Assembly (NCBI GenBank): GCA_020891255.1
Contig: BQFW01000005.1
Location: 1,426,001 to 1,490,000 of the forward strand
DNA from: Entomortierella parvispora E1425
Taxonomy: Eukaryota; Fungi; Mortierellomycota
Direction: 5' to 3'
DNA length: 64,000 nucleotides
Within the stretch, counting starts at the first letter, position 1. Every line of letters begins with the position of its first letter. This document shows positions 48,608-59,950 of this stretch, in pieces. The notes below the pieces were generated by a model. That model made no database searches. It was not told the DNA's origin and saw nothing but the letters and a program-made list of their open reading frames with translations. A program made the position numbers and the translations under genes.

Positions 48608-50564
48608 TTAGTACTCTCGATCCTTTTGAAAAAGACTTTGGTTCGAAGAATCGTCGAGCTCGACAGCGTCGAACTTGAGTCTCGTGGAATAAACGTTCCC
48701 TTTGATCGTTGTTTCGGCCCTGATTTCACTCAGTCCAAAATAGAACTTAACTATGAAATGAACCTACAAAAACAATGTTATATCTCAGTGAATAACGTTT
48801 ATCGAAACCCTGCGACATGATCATCAGCTAATATCTTTGTTACCTCTCGGCCGGGTGGGTCTGATGTCGTGAAAGGGTTGGGGATCAATATATGGGCGGA
48901 TGGGCTCAGTTTGGTAACGTATCGAGGTGGATCTCCATCGATTGAGTAGATTGAGACTTGCATGTCTCCGGTTGGTATGCCACCTTGATGTGTGAAATAG
49001 TAAGCACCATCGATACACTCGTCTACTTTGACGACCGTGCCCTTCTTGACAATGGTGCTGAACCGATCTCTACATTTTACCCCGTCGACTCTGCGTACCA
49101 TCAACTCTGTTGGATCAACACCTACTTCAAAGTTCCTATTCACCTCTACACCATAGCAGCGACGAGTTGCTCGCGCAGTGACTTTCCCTGGGCTCAATGC
49201 TGCATACACGGCGCCGAAAACCACTGCAATCTCGGGTCTATTTGGTGCTGAGATTGTTTTGATGCTATTTCCAAATTCCTGCATCACGCGTTCCAGAAGA
49301 TAAGTCGATGATCCAAACCCTCCTACCATAAAGATGGCGGAACAGTCCTTGGCCTTGTCAAGTTGGCCTTGAATCAGCTCTAGGACTTGCTCGACTACCG
49401 GGTCAAAAACTAGTTTCTTCAATTCAACTGCTGTAAAGCGCATGACGTCTTCGTCGATTCCAATAGCATCTGGAAACTCAATATCCTCGAAGAATGAATT
49501 CCAGGGAAGTTCGAGATAGAGATCGTCCACGCCATTAAATTGTGGCTTGAGGGCAAATGCAAACTTCTCGACCAAATTGGAAATAACGTCGTCGTCATTC
49601 CGAACACTGGCGCCTTGCTCTGTGAACTTCTGTGCCAGAAGTTTGCCGAAATTTTGGTCTATGAGCATAGATCCACAAGAAGCACCATGGCCTTTGGTAA
49701 CCTCTGAGAGACTTCTGCCTTTGGCTGTCTCGGAAATATCGTAAACGATAAGATCAACAGTGCCACCACCAGCATCACAAATTAAAAACCTGTCACCATG
49801 CTTGAGATCGTACTCCTTGCAGGACCGCTCACAGTATAGCGCCGCCGCCTCGGGTTCCGTTACGAGCATCAAACGATCCATGTGATCGCTTGTCTTGACA
49901 AGGCCAGCGCGAATAGCTGCCTGTCTCATGGTGTCCTTGGCCTTATCAGACCACATGGCAGGAACTGTCAGGCAATATCGAAAACTATCGCGGGTGAAAC
50001 GTTTTCCGAGCTCCTGCTCTATCTTGCCCGCGACGTACTCATGCAGGGCCCTCAGAAAATCTGAAATCGCATCAGGGACAGAAATGGGACTTGACCATGG
50101 CGGCAGATCAGCACTTTCGTCCAACTGAGTCTTGTACTTGTAGAGTAGAAAGCACTCTGATCCTGATCGTCCTTTCTTTAATTTTGAATCACAACCCCAA
50201 GACTCCATCTTGTATTTGTTATTGGTCTTCTTGTAAAGGCTGACTGTGGGTGTTTTCGCGTAGTACATGAGCTGCTTTGGCCTGTATATTTGGTTATGAA
50301 CACATGTATAAGCGTGTAAATGAGATGGCCTGATCATAGTCTATCATATTTCGCACGATACAACTCCCTACCACTCTGATATCAATTTGGGAACTTTATC
50401 TTGTGGAGCGTAAGCATATGCGCATCCTCTATGTCATTAACAGCGCATCAATAACTGCACGTCTCTGGGGCCACAGATTTAACAGGCGCTTACGAGAACG
50501 TGGTCCCAAAGTCAATGGCGACTACCACTGGAAACTCATCAAGGTCGAGGGTGCTTAGAGGCAT
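48608..50564 (-). CDS. HSPA12-like atypical Hsp70 (actin-like ATPase)
   Basis: VVVAIDFGTTFS|GCAYA, YCLTVPAMWSDKAK..MRQAA..AGL, EPEAAALYC, ICDAGGGTVDL, CGS..ID, VGGFGSSTYL, and final exon FYFGLSEIRAE (acceptor about 48764, stop 48608). Three introns. Confidence 0.9.
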
Positions 50565-51072
50565 GGTCTGCGAATGGTGCTGGCTTGGGGACGATGTCAA
50601 GATGGAGCTGTTTAGTTCAAGTGATAGCAACGAGAGGCGTGAAGAAAAAAATGAGTGTACGGCCCAGAGGCTGCAAAAAACAAAGAGCTGGTTACGTTGA
50701 CGTTAGGGGTTAGAGAATGGATGCATGCGGCTGTGTTTAGCATATAGGGGCTATGCAATGCGAATTTCGCCCCTATTTCAAGGTGCCTCTGTGGTGAGAC
50801 CTTTGGGCTGCTGTTGAACCGTCACACTTTTAGACATCGTGCAACAGGGTCCATTGTTCCTCACCTTTCCACATCGCCTTTCAAATACAGCTCCTGGCAG
50901 CACTGACAGCACAACAGCAATCGCTATTCCGTGCACGACCCAAACTCCCCGACCTCAACTTAACGCTGTGGTGTAGCTTTTAGAGTAACCTCTGTTTTAA
51001 CAAACATCTCTCTTTTGTCACCCTTCGGCGCTTTCCGTTAACTTATACTATACTTCTGTTATCAAAAGATAC

Positions 51073-52422
51073 ATGCCCTTTCTTTCGCTTTCATCGATGC
51101 TCTTTCGGAGTGATCCTAAGCCTCCCAAAATTCCCCCGTCTACTGTGGAAGTTAACTTCAGTTTGGCAGATAACACTTCCTGTGACAGTCAAGGTCCTCG
51201 AACAAGTGACAACGCAGGTAGTTAACCGATGCTTCATTGGATTGCCGTATTGCAAGCAAGATGCAAACTTTTAACTTATAATGCTGACTTTATACCAGCC
51301 GAAGATGCAATGGAGATAGATCAAGACAGCATTGTTTCTAATACGGCAGTGAAGGAGGATAATGCGGTCAATGGGCCAGGAGAAAAGACCTCTTCGAAAC
51401 CCAATGTATGGTCCGATGGGGTCCATCAGGCCCTCAGAGGACAACTAACAGGAGCACAATATAAAATTCAGGAGCTGACCAAAATTAGCCAGAGTCAAGG
51501 CGACTTCATTGTCAAACTCCAAAACGACTTGAACCATTTGTCAAGTAATCGCCGATATCTCCAAGGAGCATATTCCGAACTTGAACATAATCACAATGAG
51601 TTGAAGCGCAAGCATGAAACTGTGCTCAGGAAATACGAGGACCTTGATAGGAAGTATATGGACATTGCAAGATCTCTGCAAGTTACTGGAGATGACCGAT
51701 CCACTATCAACAAACAGCTGGAGGCCATATACTCGGCGATTGAAACCATGGTCATAAGATTAAGAGGCAAAGCCTCGGTCAATTTGAACAGGGCCGTTGC
51801 CATAGAACAGCTCCGGGACTTTGGCTTACTTCAAGATTTTCCAATCCAAGAAGATCAACTAGAATCGTTTCATCTGAACCTCTTGATGGAGTGTGCTCTG
51901 ATGTGCACTTTAAGCAACCATCTATTCTCGCGGCCCTTGCAGTGTATTTTTGACGGAAGCCAAGAGTTTGAGACGATTTGCGAATTGGTGGAACAGCGGG
52001 GCAGTAAAGCTTCGGATCGTTGGAGACAAGAATTATGCATCCTAATTGCTCAAGATGGAGAGGGCATGGCACATAGAAAAGAAATCGAGGTCAGCAATGT
52101 CAAAGCGGAACTCGAACATTGGGTTTCGAGTGTTTACGGAAATGTTGACGCGGCTATAACGAACAAGATTCAAGAGCTTTGTAGCTCAGCGTTTGACCTA
52201 TCCTATGCTTTGCTTGGAATGGAGTCGAGAGTCTACCCTGTTTGGCCCGATATTGGCTCACAATTCAACAACAACGAGATGAAGAAGTCTACTCGATCGA
52301 ATCCTGAGGGCTTGGTGTCAATGGTGGTATTTCCATCCTTTCGGGATAGTGAAGACAGATTTTATTGCAAGTCAAAGGTCTGGCTGTGGGAAAAGGAAGA
52401 GACGCACACTTCTGAGCAATAA
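51073..52422 (+). CDS. Coiled-coil protein with a C-terminal GrpE/MIEAP-like domain, head-to-head with the HSPA12-like gene
   Basis: join(51073..51217,51299..52422), 422 aa. A long heptad region is followed by a helical domain ending LCSSAFDLSYAL...YPVWP..GSQFNNNEM...VSMVVFPSF...SKVWL. The fold call is inference. Confidence 0.75.
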
Positions 52423-53169
52423 GAATTTGAATTTTATTAAATATGTCTACGAACGCATTGCAAGCAGAACAAAGCTTCAAACGTCAGAAAAAAAATGAAC
52501 GCGACCTTTCTCGTAAAGATCTTTACACGTGATGTGATCAATGTAGTCACGTGCTGATGTACCTGCGCAGTTGCGCCTCTTTGTCCCTTGCCCATGGACC
52601 CACCATCCAGGCCCAGAGTGAAACAGGCCAATGGCACAGACGCATGGTCCTTGACCTGTCAACACAACCGCCATCACAACAGGTGATAGGACAGGACAGG
52701 GTGATCGTTGAGCTGTCAAATTGCAATTTCACACTCCCCTCTTTTTCACACACTCCCGCTTCGCACACAGCTCCCCTCCTTATCAGATTTTGTTTTTGTT
52801 TGCCTGTTGGCCTGTTTCTGCCACACTCGCTCCGCCCTCGCCCTCCCTCCTTCCTCTTTCTCTCCTGTCATCCCCTCGCCTGTCTCGTCTGATCTCTTTG
52901 TCCTTTCTCCTTGTCCCTTTGCTCCCCCCCTGGTTGTCCGTAACCGTTGGATTCATTCATTCTTCCTTTTGCATCTCTTCTCTGCTTGTCTCCTCCCTCT
53001 CTGCTCTGGACTGCAGGCAGTCCTTTCTCCCTTCCCCCCTCCCCCCTTGCTCAAACACGGTAAGTCTTGCTACAGCCTCATCCCACAATACACAACGCCC
53101 TCCAACACTGAACTAATTTTACCCTGTGGTTCATCCCATTCTCATCTCAACAGACCAAGTGACACCACA

Positions 53170-56100
53170 ATGACAACTGTGGACGATCCAACAGGGTCGT
53201 TGCTGCACTCATACGACGATGACGAAGAAACCCTTTACCTTGGCAGCCAGCAGAACGGCCACTCACAAACGCCAGACACCCCCTTGCCAGCAGCATCTGC
53301 CACAGCGACCATGCCTGTGGTAGGCATGACCTGCATGTCGTGTGTCAATGCCATCACCTCAGTGCTTAGTTCGCAACCTGGGATCCAAAACGTGCTCGTC
53401 TCGCTCAGAGACAAGCAGGCCACCGTTACCTACAGCCCGTCGACCATCACGCCCGCGCAGATCAAAGACCATATCGAAGACTGTGGATTCGATGTTCCTG
53501 TCGACACTGACGCACTGCAGCCAACGTCTGCAGGCACTCCCGAGCCAGCTGTGTCCCCGAGGACACCCATGCCCATCACTGCAACCACAGTAACTCCAGT
53601 CAGAGCCACAACACCACCCGTTTCTCAATTGACCAGCTCCTGCCCCGCAAATACCCTCACAGCGCAGCTCTCTATCCAGGGCATGACCTGTGCTTCCTGT
53701 GTCGCTTCAATCGAGCGAGCCATGCAAGGAACTCCCGGTCTCGTCTCCATCAAGGTCGCGCTTCTAGCGGAACGAGCCACTGTCGAATATATCCCTTCAC
53801 TGACCTCGCCAAAAGACCTGGCCGACCTTATTGACGACATTGGATTCGAAGCCTCGCCCATTCAGGAAAACCGCCCAAACCAGGTGGACCTCCAGGTCTT
53901 TGGAATGACCTGTGCCAGCTGTGTCCATTCGATTGAGACGGAGCTGCGAAAGATGCCTGGAATCCTTTCCGCTAACGTAAGCCTAACTCTCCAAGGGGCC
54001 AAAGTCGAGTATGATTCACAAGTGGTCGGAGTACGGGACATTGTGGAGCGAATTGAGGACATGGGATTCGATGCCTTGTTGGCAGAGCGATCCCAGAATG
54101 CACAAGTGGAATCACTGAGCCGAACCAAAGAGATTACGGAATGGCGCAACACCCTAAAGACCAGTGTGATCTTGGCCATCCCTGTTTTTTTGATCTCGAT
54201 GGTCATGCCAATGTTTGCCTGGGGTCGAGCTATCTACGACACCCAATTGTTTTTCCATCTGGCCTTTGGTGATGTTTTGGCCGGTATTCTGACCATCCCG
54301 GTGCAATTTGGTGTCGGACGACGATTCATTATCAGTGCTTACAAGGCCCTCAAGCACGGCGTTGCCACTATGGATGTCCTTATCTCCCTTGGAACTCTGT
54401 CGGCGTTTACGTTCTCCGTGTTCTCGATGCTCTACACTGTCTTTTCGCCTGACCATCCCAAAGCCTCCGTCTTTTTTGACACGTCCAGCATGTTGATCAC
54501 ATTTGTGACCATTGGTCGTTATCTCGAAAACATGGCCAAAGGTCAGACCTCGGTAGCGCTTTCCAAGCTTATGTGCCTGACTCCACCCACTTGCACGATC
54601 TATTTACGAGATCCTGCTACTGGCGAACGCGTGTCAGAGAAGGAGATCCCTTCCGAATTGGTACAGAAAGGTGACTGGATCAAGGTTGTGCCTGGAGACA
54701 AAATCCCTACTGATGGTCTGGTTATTTCTGGACAGTCGACCGTGGACGAGAGTATGGTTACAGGCGAGGCAGAATCTATTTTCAAAGGTCCTGGATCAAC
54801 AGTCATTGGCGGCACCGTGAACGCTCTGGGCACCTTTGATATGGAGGCCACCCGGGTGGGATCAGAGACGACTCTTGCTCAGATTGTGCAATTGGTGGAG
54901 GACGCGCAGACTTCCAAGGCGCCTATTCAGGCCTATGCCGACAAAATTGCAGGTGTATTTGTGCCAACCGTCATTCTGATTGCATTGATGACCTTTGTGG
55001 GCTGGATGATCATCTCGCACACCCTTCAACAAGCCGATCTTCCTACCATGTTTTTGATGGAGCCCTCAAAGTTCGTCGCATGCTTGAAGCTGTGCATCTC
55101 TGTCATTGTTGTCGCGTGCCCTTGTGCCCTTGGACTCTCAACCCCCACTGCGGTAATGGTCGGTACCGGTGTTGGAGCGCAGAATGGTATCCTTATCAAG
55201 AGCGCCGTTGCACTGGAAGAAGCTCATAAGATCACCATGGTGGTCTTCGACAAGACTGGAACGCTGACCCATGGAAAGCTGCAGGTAGCGGAGTGGAGTG
55301 TGAAGCCCTCGGCGTCATCCGCCGGTACTTCGGCGTTGGGATCGCTGAACGACAACGATTTCTATACCATCGTTGGTGCAGCCGAGTCTGCGTCGGAGCA
55401 CCCTCTTGGTCGCGCCATCGGACTTTTTGCAAAGGAAAAACTTGGCACAGAGCAGTTCCAAGCAACCGTCACAGACTTTTCATCTAAGCCAGGACAGGGC
55501 ATTGAGTGCTCTGTAGCGACCAAGTCCATGACAAGCCCTTGCAAAGTTATGATTGGTAACACCTCCTGGCTCAAGGAACGACAGGTTGAGCTGCCTACTC
55601 AGTTAGCTTCCGAGAAGGCAGAGCAGGAGAAGCGAGGCCGTACAACCGTTCTCGTGGCGATGAACAACAATTACGTTGGGTGGATTGCACTTTCTGATAC
55701 CATTAAGAAGGAAGCGGCACGGACAGTCTCCAGACTTCAGCAGATGGGCATTCAGGTCGCCATGGTCACTGGTGATCAGCCCTTGGTCGCGCAAGTTATG
55801 GCCAATGAGTGTGGCATTCAGCAGGTCCATGCTGGCGTCTCACCTGCAGGCAAGACGGCCATTGTTTCCAGGCTGCAAAATGAAGGACACTGTGTGGCCA
55901 TGATTGGAGATGGTATCAATGACTCCCCTGCATTGGCTCAGAGTAACCTCGGTATTGCTCTGAAGTCTGGTACCGATATTGCTATGGAAGCTGCTGATAT
56001 GGTTCTTATGCGTGGTGATCTGACGGACGTGGTCGCGGCTATGGAACTCTGTCGAGTGATTTTCAGGAGAATCCGCTATAATTTCGCTTGGGCCTGTATC

Positions 56101-56448
56101 TACAATGTGTTGGGCGTGCCTCTGGCCATGGGCTTGTTCCTTCCTTGGGGCTATCACATCCACCCCATGATGGCCGGTCTGATGATGGCCTTCTCGAGTG
56201 TTAGTGTTGTTTGTTCAAGTCTGTTGTTGAAACGATGGAAGAAACCCCATCTCCGGGACGTGACACAGCAGGAGCGCGAGGCCATTTTGCGCAAGGAACT
56301 GCAAAAGAAGAAAGAAGCGACAATCCGAGCCCACTGGCGAATGCAGTTGGGTGGTCAAAAGTCCAGCAAGCCCCTGTCCAGAGGAAGCGGCTATGTCCCT
56401 GTTGGATCGGAGGATGTGGATGAGACTGAGATGGACCAGTTTGTGTAG
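53170..56448 (+). CDS. CCC2: Copper-transporting P1B-type ATPase
   Basis: Three GMTCxxC metal-binding domains, TGE, CPC, DKTGT, SEHPLG, GDGIND, YN and MxxSS. ATG 53170 follows a 5'-UTR intron (GTAAGT at 53060). Confidence 0.97.
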   Translation: MTTVDDPTGSLLHSYDDDEETLYLGSQQNGHSQTPDTPLPAASATATMPVVGMTCMSCVNAITSVLSSQPGIQNVLVSLRDKQATVTYSPSTITPAQIKDHIEDCGFDVPVDTDALQPTSAGTPEPAVSPRTPMPITATTVTPVRATTPPVSQLTSSCPANTLTAQLSIQGMTCASCVASIERAMQGTPGLVSIKVALLAERATVEYIPSLTSPKDLADLIDDIGFEASPIQENRPNQVDLQVFGMTCASCVHSIETELRKMPGILSANVSLTLQGAKVEYDSQVVGVRDIVERIEDMGFDALLAERSQNAQVESLSRTKEITEWRNTLKTSVILAIPVFLISMVMPMFAWGRAIYDTQLFFHLAFGDVLAGILTIPVQFGVGRRFIISAYKALKHGVATMDVLISLGTLSAFTFSVFSMLYTVFSPDHPKASVFFDTSSMLITFVTIGRYLENMAKGQTSVALSKLMCLTPPTCTIYLRDPATGERVSEKEIPSELVQKGDWIKVVPGDKIPTDGLVISGQSTVDESMVTGEAESIFKGPGSTVIGGTVNALGTFDMEATRVGSETTLAQIVQLVEDAQTSKAPIQAYADKIAGVFVPTVILIALMTFVGWMIISHTLQQADLPTMFLMEPSKFVACLKLCISVIVVACPCALGLSTPTAVMVGTGVGAQNGILIKSAVALEEAHKITMVVFDKTGTLTHGKLQVAEWSVKPSASSAGTSALGSLNDNDFYTIVGAAESASEHPLGRAIGLFAKEKLGTEQFQATVTDFSSKPGQGIECSVATKSMTSPCKVMIGNTSWLKERQVELPTQLASEKAEQEKRGRTTVLVAMNNNYVGWIALSDTIKKEAARTVSRLQQMGIQVAMVTGDQPLVAQVMANECGIQQVHAGVSPAGKTAIVSRLQNEGHCVAMIGDGINDSPALAQSNLGIALKSGTDIAMEAADMVLMRGDLTDVVAAMELCRVIFRRIRYNFAWACIYNVLGVPLAMGLFLPWGYHIHPMMAGLMMAFSSVSVVCSSLLLKRWKKPHLRDVTQQEREAILRKELQKKKEATIRAHWRMQLGGQKSSKPLSRGSGYVPVGSEDVDETEMDQFV

Positions 56449-56468
56449 GTCCACTCTGTTCTATATAC

Positions 56469-56602
56469 CAATTTTTTGCATTGAACAGTTATTTAAAGAA
56501 AAGTCATTCGTCCATTACCTGTAAACCAATCTTTACAATTTTTTGCATTGAACAGTTATTTAAAGAAAAGTCATTCGTCCATTACCTGTAAACCAATCTT
56601 TA
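56469..56602. repeat. Perfect 67-bp tandem duplication between convergent CCC2 and THP3 3' ends
   Basis: 56469..56535 is identical to 56536..56602. Confidence 0.92.
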
Positions 56603-56620
56603 TTAGACACTTTTTTTTTC

Positions 56621-59600
56621 TTAAATCTGGCCTTTGATATCGATCATCTGATACTTTTTGCTAGCCTCCACAACAAAAGGCACAGCCTGCTTTGTATCTA
56701 AAAATTGGTGTTGCCTTCTTCCTGTAGCGGGATCTTGGTCTTGATTGAGGAAGCGTAAGATACCCATAGATTTCAAGAACTGAATACATTCGATTTCATC
56801 CGTAAATCCAAGAGTCGACACCAGGAATGACACCTCGATGGATGGACGGTACCTATGGCAATAACCAGAAATATTATCAACTAGTTAATATCGACTTTAA
56901 AAAAAAAGTGGCATTAAGCGATAACCAAAACACACGGTAGCTATGGCACCTACGCTTTGCAAATGGTCTTCATGGCCTCTACTCGCTCACGCTCGACAAA
57001 TTGATCCATCAAATATCCCCCCATGTTGGGCGCTTCAAGGTAAAGCTTGAACAAGGCGTGATAATTCGAGGATGCCAATGACGTGCGAACTTGCAGAGCA
57101 TGCTTCACGGCAGGATCTTGCTTTTGAGCAGGTGTAAGAGATGCTAGCATGGCAATAATATCTATAGATATAGAGAGAAAACACTGAAAGTCAGAAATCC
57201 ATGGCCACTAGAACACAAGAGTGTTTACATGTGTAGCCTAGACCAAAGGATCTTAGCGCTTTACCTGATGGGTTTCGTGTGTGGAGAAGGTAAAGGATTC
57301 GATAGGCAGTAAACTCCATGACGTGACCTTTCAGATCATACTGATAAAGCTGCTTGAGCTGCGTCTGGCACTGATTATACTCGCCAAGATCACCCTGATA
57401 ATGACAAGTGGTGTATGAAGTGATCAATAACTGCGTTCAGTGAAGATACGGGAATAAATAAAAGTCCTGCTAATGTCCAAACTCTTACCTTTTCCAAAGC
57501 GATCCTAGCATGAATTTCGTAAACCTGAACTGTGAATTCATTCTTGATGCGCTGCACTGTCAGATCCTGACGAACACTCTTAAACTGATCACAGATATAC
57601 GCGTAATTCTGGTCCTGGCGCCATTTGTCCTTCAACAACTCCAGAGTTTTCTTCAAAACACTGACTGGGCGAACTGTAGACGGATCTGGTGCCTAAGAGA
57701 AGAAAAATGGGATTCCAATATTTTAGCAACATGATGACGTGCGTCGGAAGAATTCTGGAAGGGCACACTCTACTTACCGAAGTCAGGCGCAGATAGTTCT
57801 TCTCTAACTTGGTACTGGTGCCTACAATGGTATACTCATCCCAGTCGATAACGTCCGAATTGAACACTGGCGGGGCATACTGAACACGAACTGGTTTTTT
57901 CACTGGCGGCTTATCTTCTAGCTGATCTTCAAAACGACGCATCCTTTTTTCTCGCCTAGCCCTTTCCTCTGATCCCATCGTCTCCAGCTCCGGAGAATCG
58001 CTTGCTCGTCGTCTTAGAGTGGGGATATCAAAAATAAGTAAGTCTGAGTGTGAAAGCCAGAAAATTTCAAAGACGAGGCTATACTTACGATTTTCTTTTC
58101 TTGTATTTACTTTGAGAATAATGTGGGCAGTCCAAGAATTAACATTAGTATCAAGACACTCAGCATCGAGAATAACAAGGAGTTATAGATGCTTACCTTG
58201 GCACCTCCATCGCATCCCAATCTACTGTCCAAAGCATGTTCTGGGCATGATATTTTGCTACTAAATTCTTGAGATCAATTTGAGCAGCATCCTGATCCTC
58301 CTCTGCAATGGCCTCAAAAACACGCTGAACATAATCCTTCAAGGACTGAGGCCAGCCCTCATTCCCTCCTGAGGATTGCTGTGGTGGCTCTTTGGACTCT
58401 AATACGTTGCTCGTTAATGGCTTCACTTTTTTGGACTTTACCGACAAGTAAGCGGGTTCTATGGAAGTTAACAAGTGGAGTTTATCAAACCAATATTAAA
58501 AAATCGTGTTCGCAGGTCAAACCTCATCAACTGCCATTACACACAAAGTCTTACTCTCAAGCTTGGACTTAGACATGTCAGTTTCGTTTCTTCAACATAT
58601 TCAAGGGAAGCAAGTACGTTAGTTAGAGAGGGATCTAGATATGGATTCTCAGACATATGCAAAACTGCTTACCTTGATTGAAAACCGTTATCCGTAATTG
58701 AAGTGTCTCGCAATTTCTGCTCAATACCAAGACGCTTCTCCTGTTCTTTCTTTTGACGCAGGTTCTCGGCCTCTAGGTGTTTTTGCTTTTGAAAGGCCTG
58801 GTAGTCAAATGCTGGCTGTTTCTGCTGCTGTGGCTTTGAATATCCACCCGATCTTCCGTATTGTCCTCCGTGTTGATGTCCTGAATGTGGTACAGATGTT
58901 GCTTGCTGGTGTGAGGCAACGCTTGAGCTATAGGGAGAGGATGAGTACGGCTGATGCTGGGGATTCTGATAGGATGACTGGTAAGAATAAGGATGAGATG
59001 TTAGTACAGGAGCGCTTGCTGGTTGGTGTGCTGGCCCTGCGGCTTGGGCCGGGGCTTGATGAGGCGTCGGATGATGTACGGCGGAGTAAGGGTATGGCTG
59101 GTGCGCTTGTGATTGCTGAGCGTAGTAATCTGGGTAAGCAGAGGTATTGTATGGCTGTGCCAACTGAGATGGTGCTGGTGCCGGTGCGGCTGTTGAAGGT
59201 GCAGATCCAGGAGCTGGAGGCACAGAGTATCCGTAATGACCGTAATAGGCTGCGTACTGCTGAGCGTACTGCTCTTCCGGCGTCAATGTCTGGGCTGGTG
59301 CTGGTGCTGCTGCAGAGGGAGGGTACTGTTGATAATAGGCAGAGTAGTCCTGGGTGGTTTGCTGTGCTGGTAAGCCTGCAGGAGGGGCGATCCCCGGTGC
59401 AGGCGGCTGTTGGTATCCTGGGTTCGCGGCAAGCCTATGGGACATTACCAAGAGAGGTTGTTAGCATCAGATGAGAAGACATGCCGTCAACACTAATATA
59501 ACATGAGGAGGACAGACACACACCAGGCTTGGTACTGCTGAGTGTATTGATGATACTGCTCGGCGTAGAGGTCTGCTGCTGCCTGATCTGCCGAGGAGGC

Positions 59601-59632
59601 TACGGGGGTTTGGTTCGCCAGGTTGGAGACGC
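56621..59632 (-). CDS. THP3: THP3/LENG8 (SAC3/GANP family) protein, multi-exon; start codon uncertain
   Basis: [17 protein letters not shown]|[27 protein letters not shown]...[12 protein letters not shown]|[25 protein letters not shown]-rich N-terminus. Confidence 0.9.
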
Positions 59633-59950
59633 TGTGTAGGATGGATGGAAGTCGCAGGGGGGATGGACTCGGGGCCAAGAAGCAGCTGATGAGCTTGGAG
59701 TGATAAGAAACAATAAGAAGACAACAATAGGAATGCAAAACACGCGATCAAAGAGTGAGACAGGAGATGGACAGATGCATGAGGAAGTGAGAGGAGCTGC
59801 ATGCATGCATTAAGGATGCTCTGCGGGTGGCTTGGCCCTATGTGACTACTGACCGAGATCGCCAATCTGTTGACAGCTCCGAGGCGGACTTTTCTTCGAT
59901 TTTTTTCCTCCTGCCATTCCCCACCCTGCCCTCCAAAGCACAAGACAGCA

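Noticed and set aside
48626-48820. Plus-strand ORF as a last exon of the 48227 ORF
   Set aside because: It overlaps the genuine final exon of the HSPA12-like gene on the minus strand.
52708-53169. N-terminal extension of CCC2 shown in the ORF track
   Set aside because: Pyrimidine-rich 5' UTR containing an intron (GTAAGT at 53060); the real start is probably ATG 53170.
58698-59474. 258-aa plus-strand ORF
   Set aside because: Antisense shadow of the Q/P/A-rich THP3 exon.
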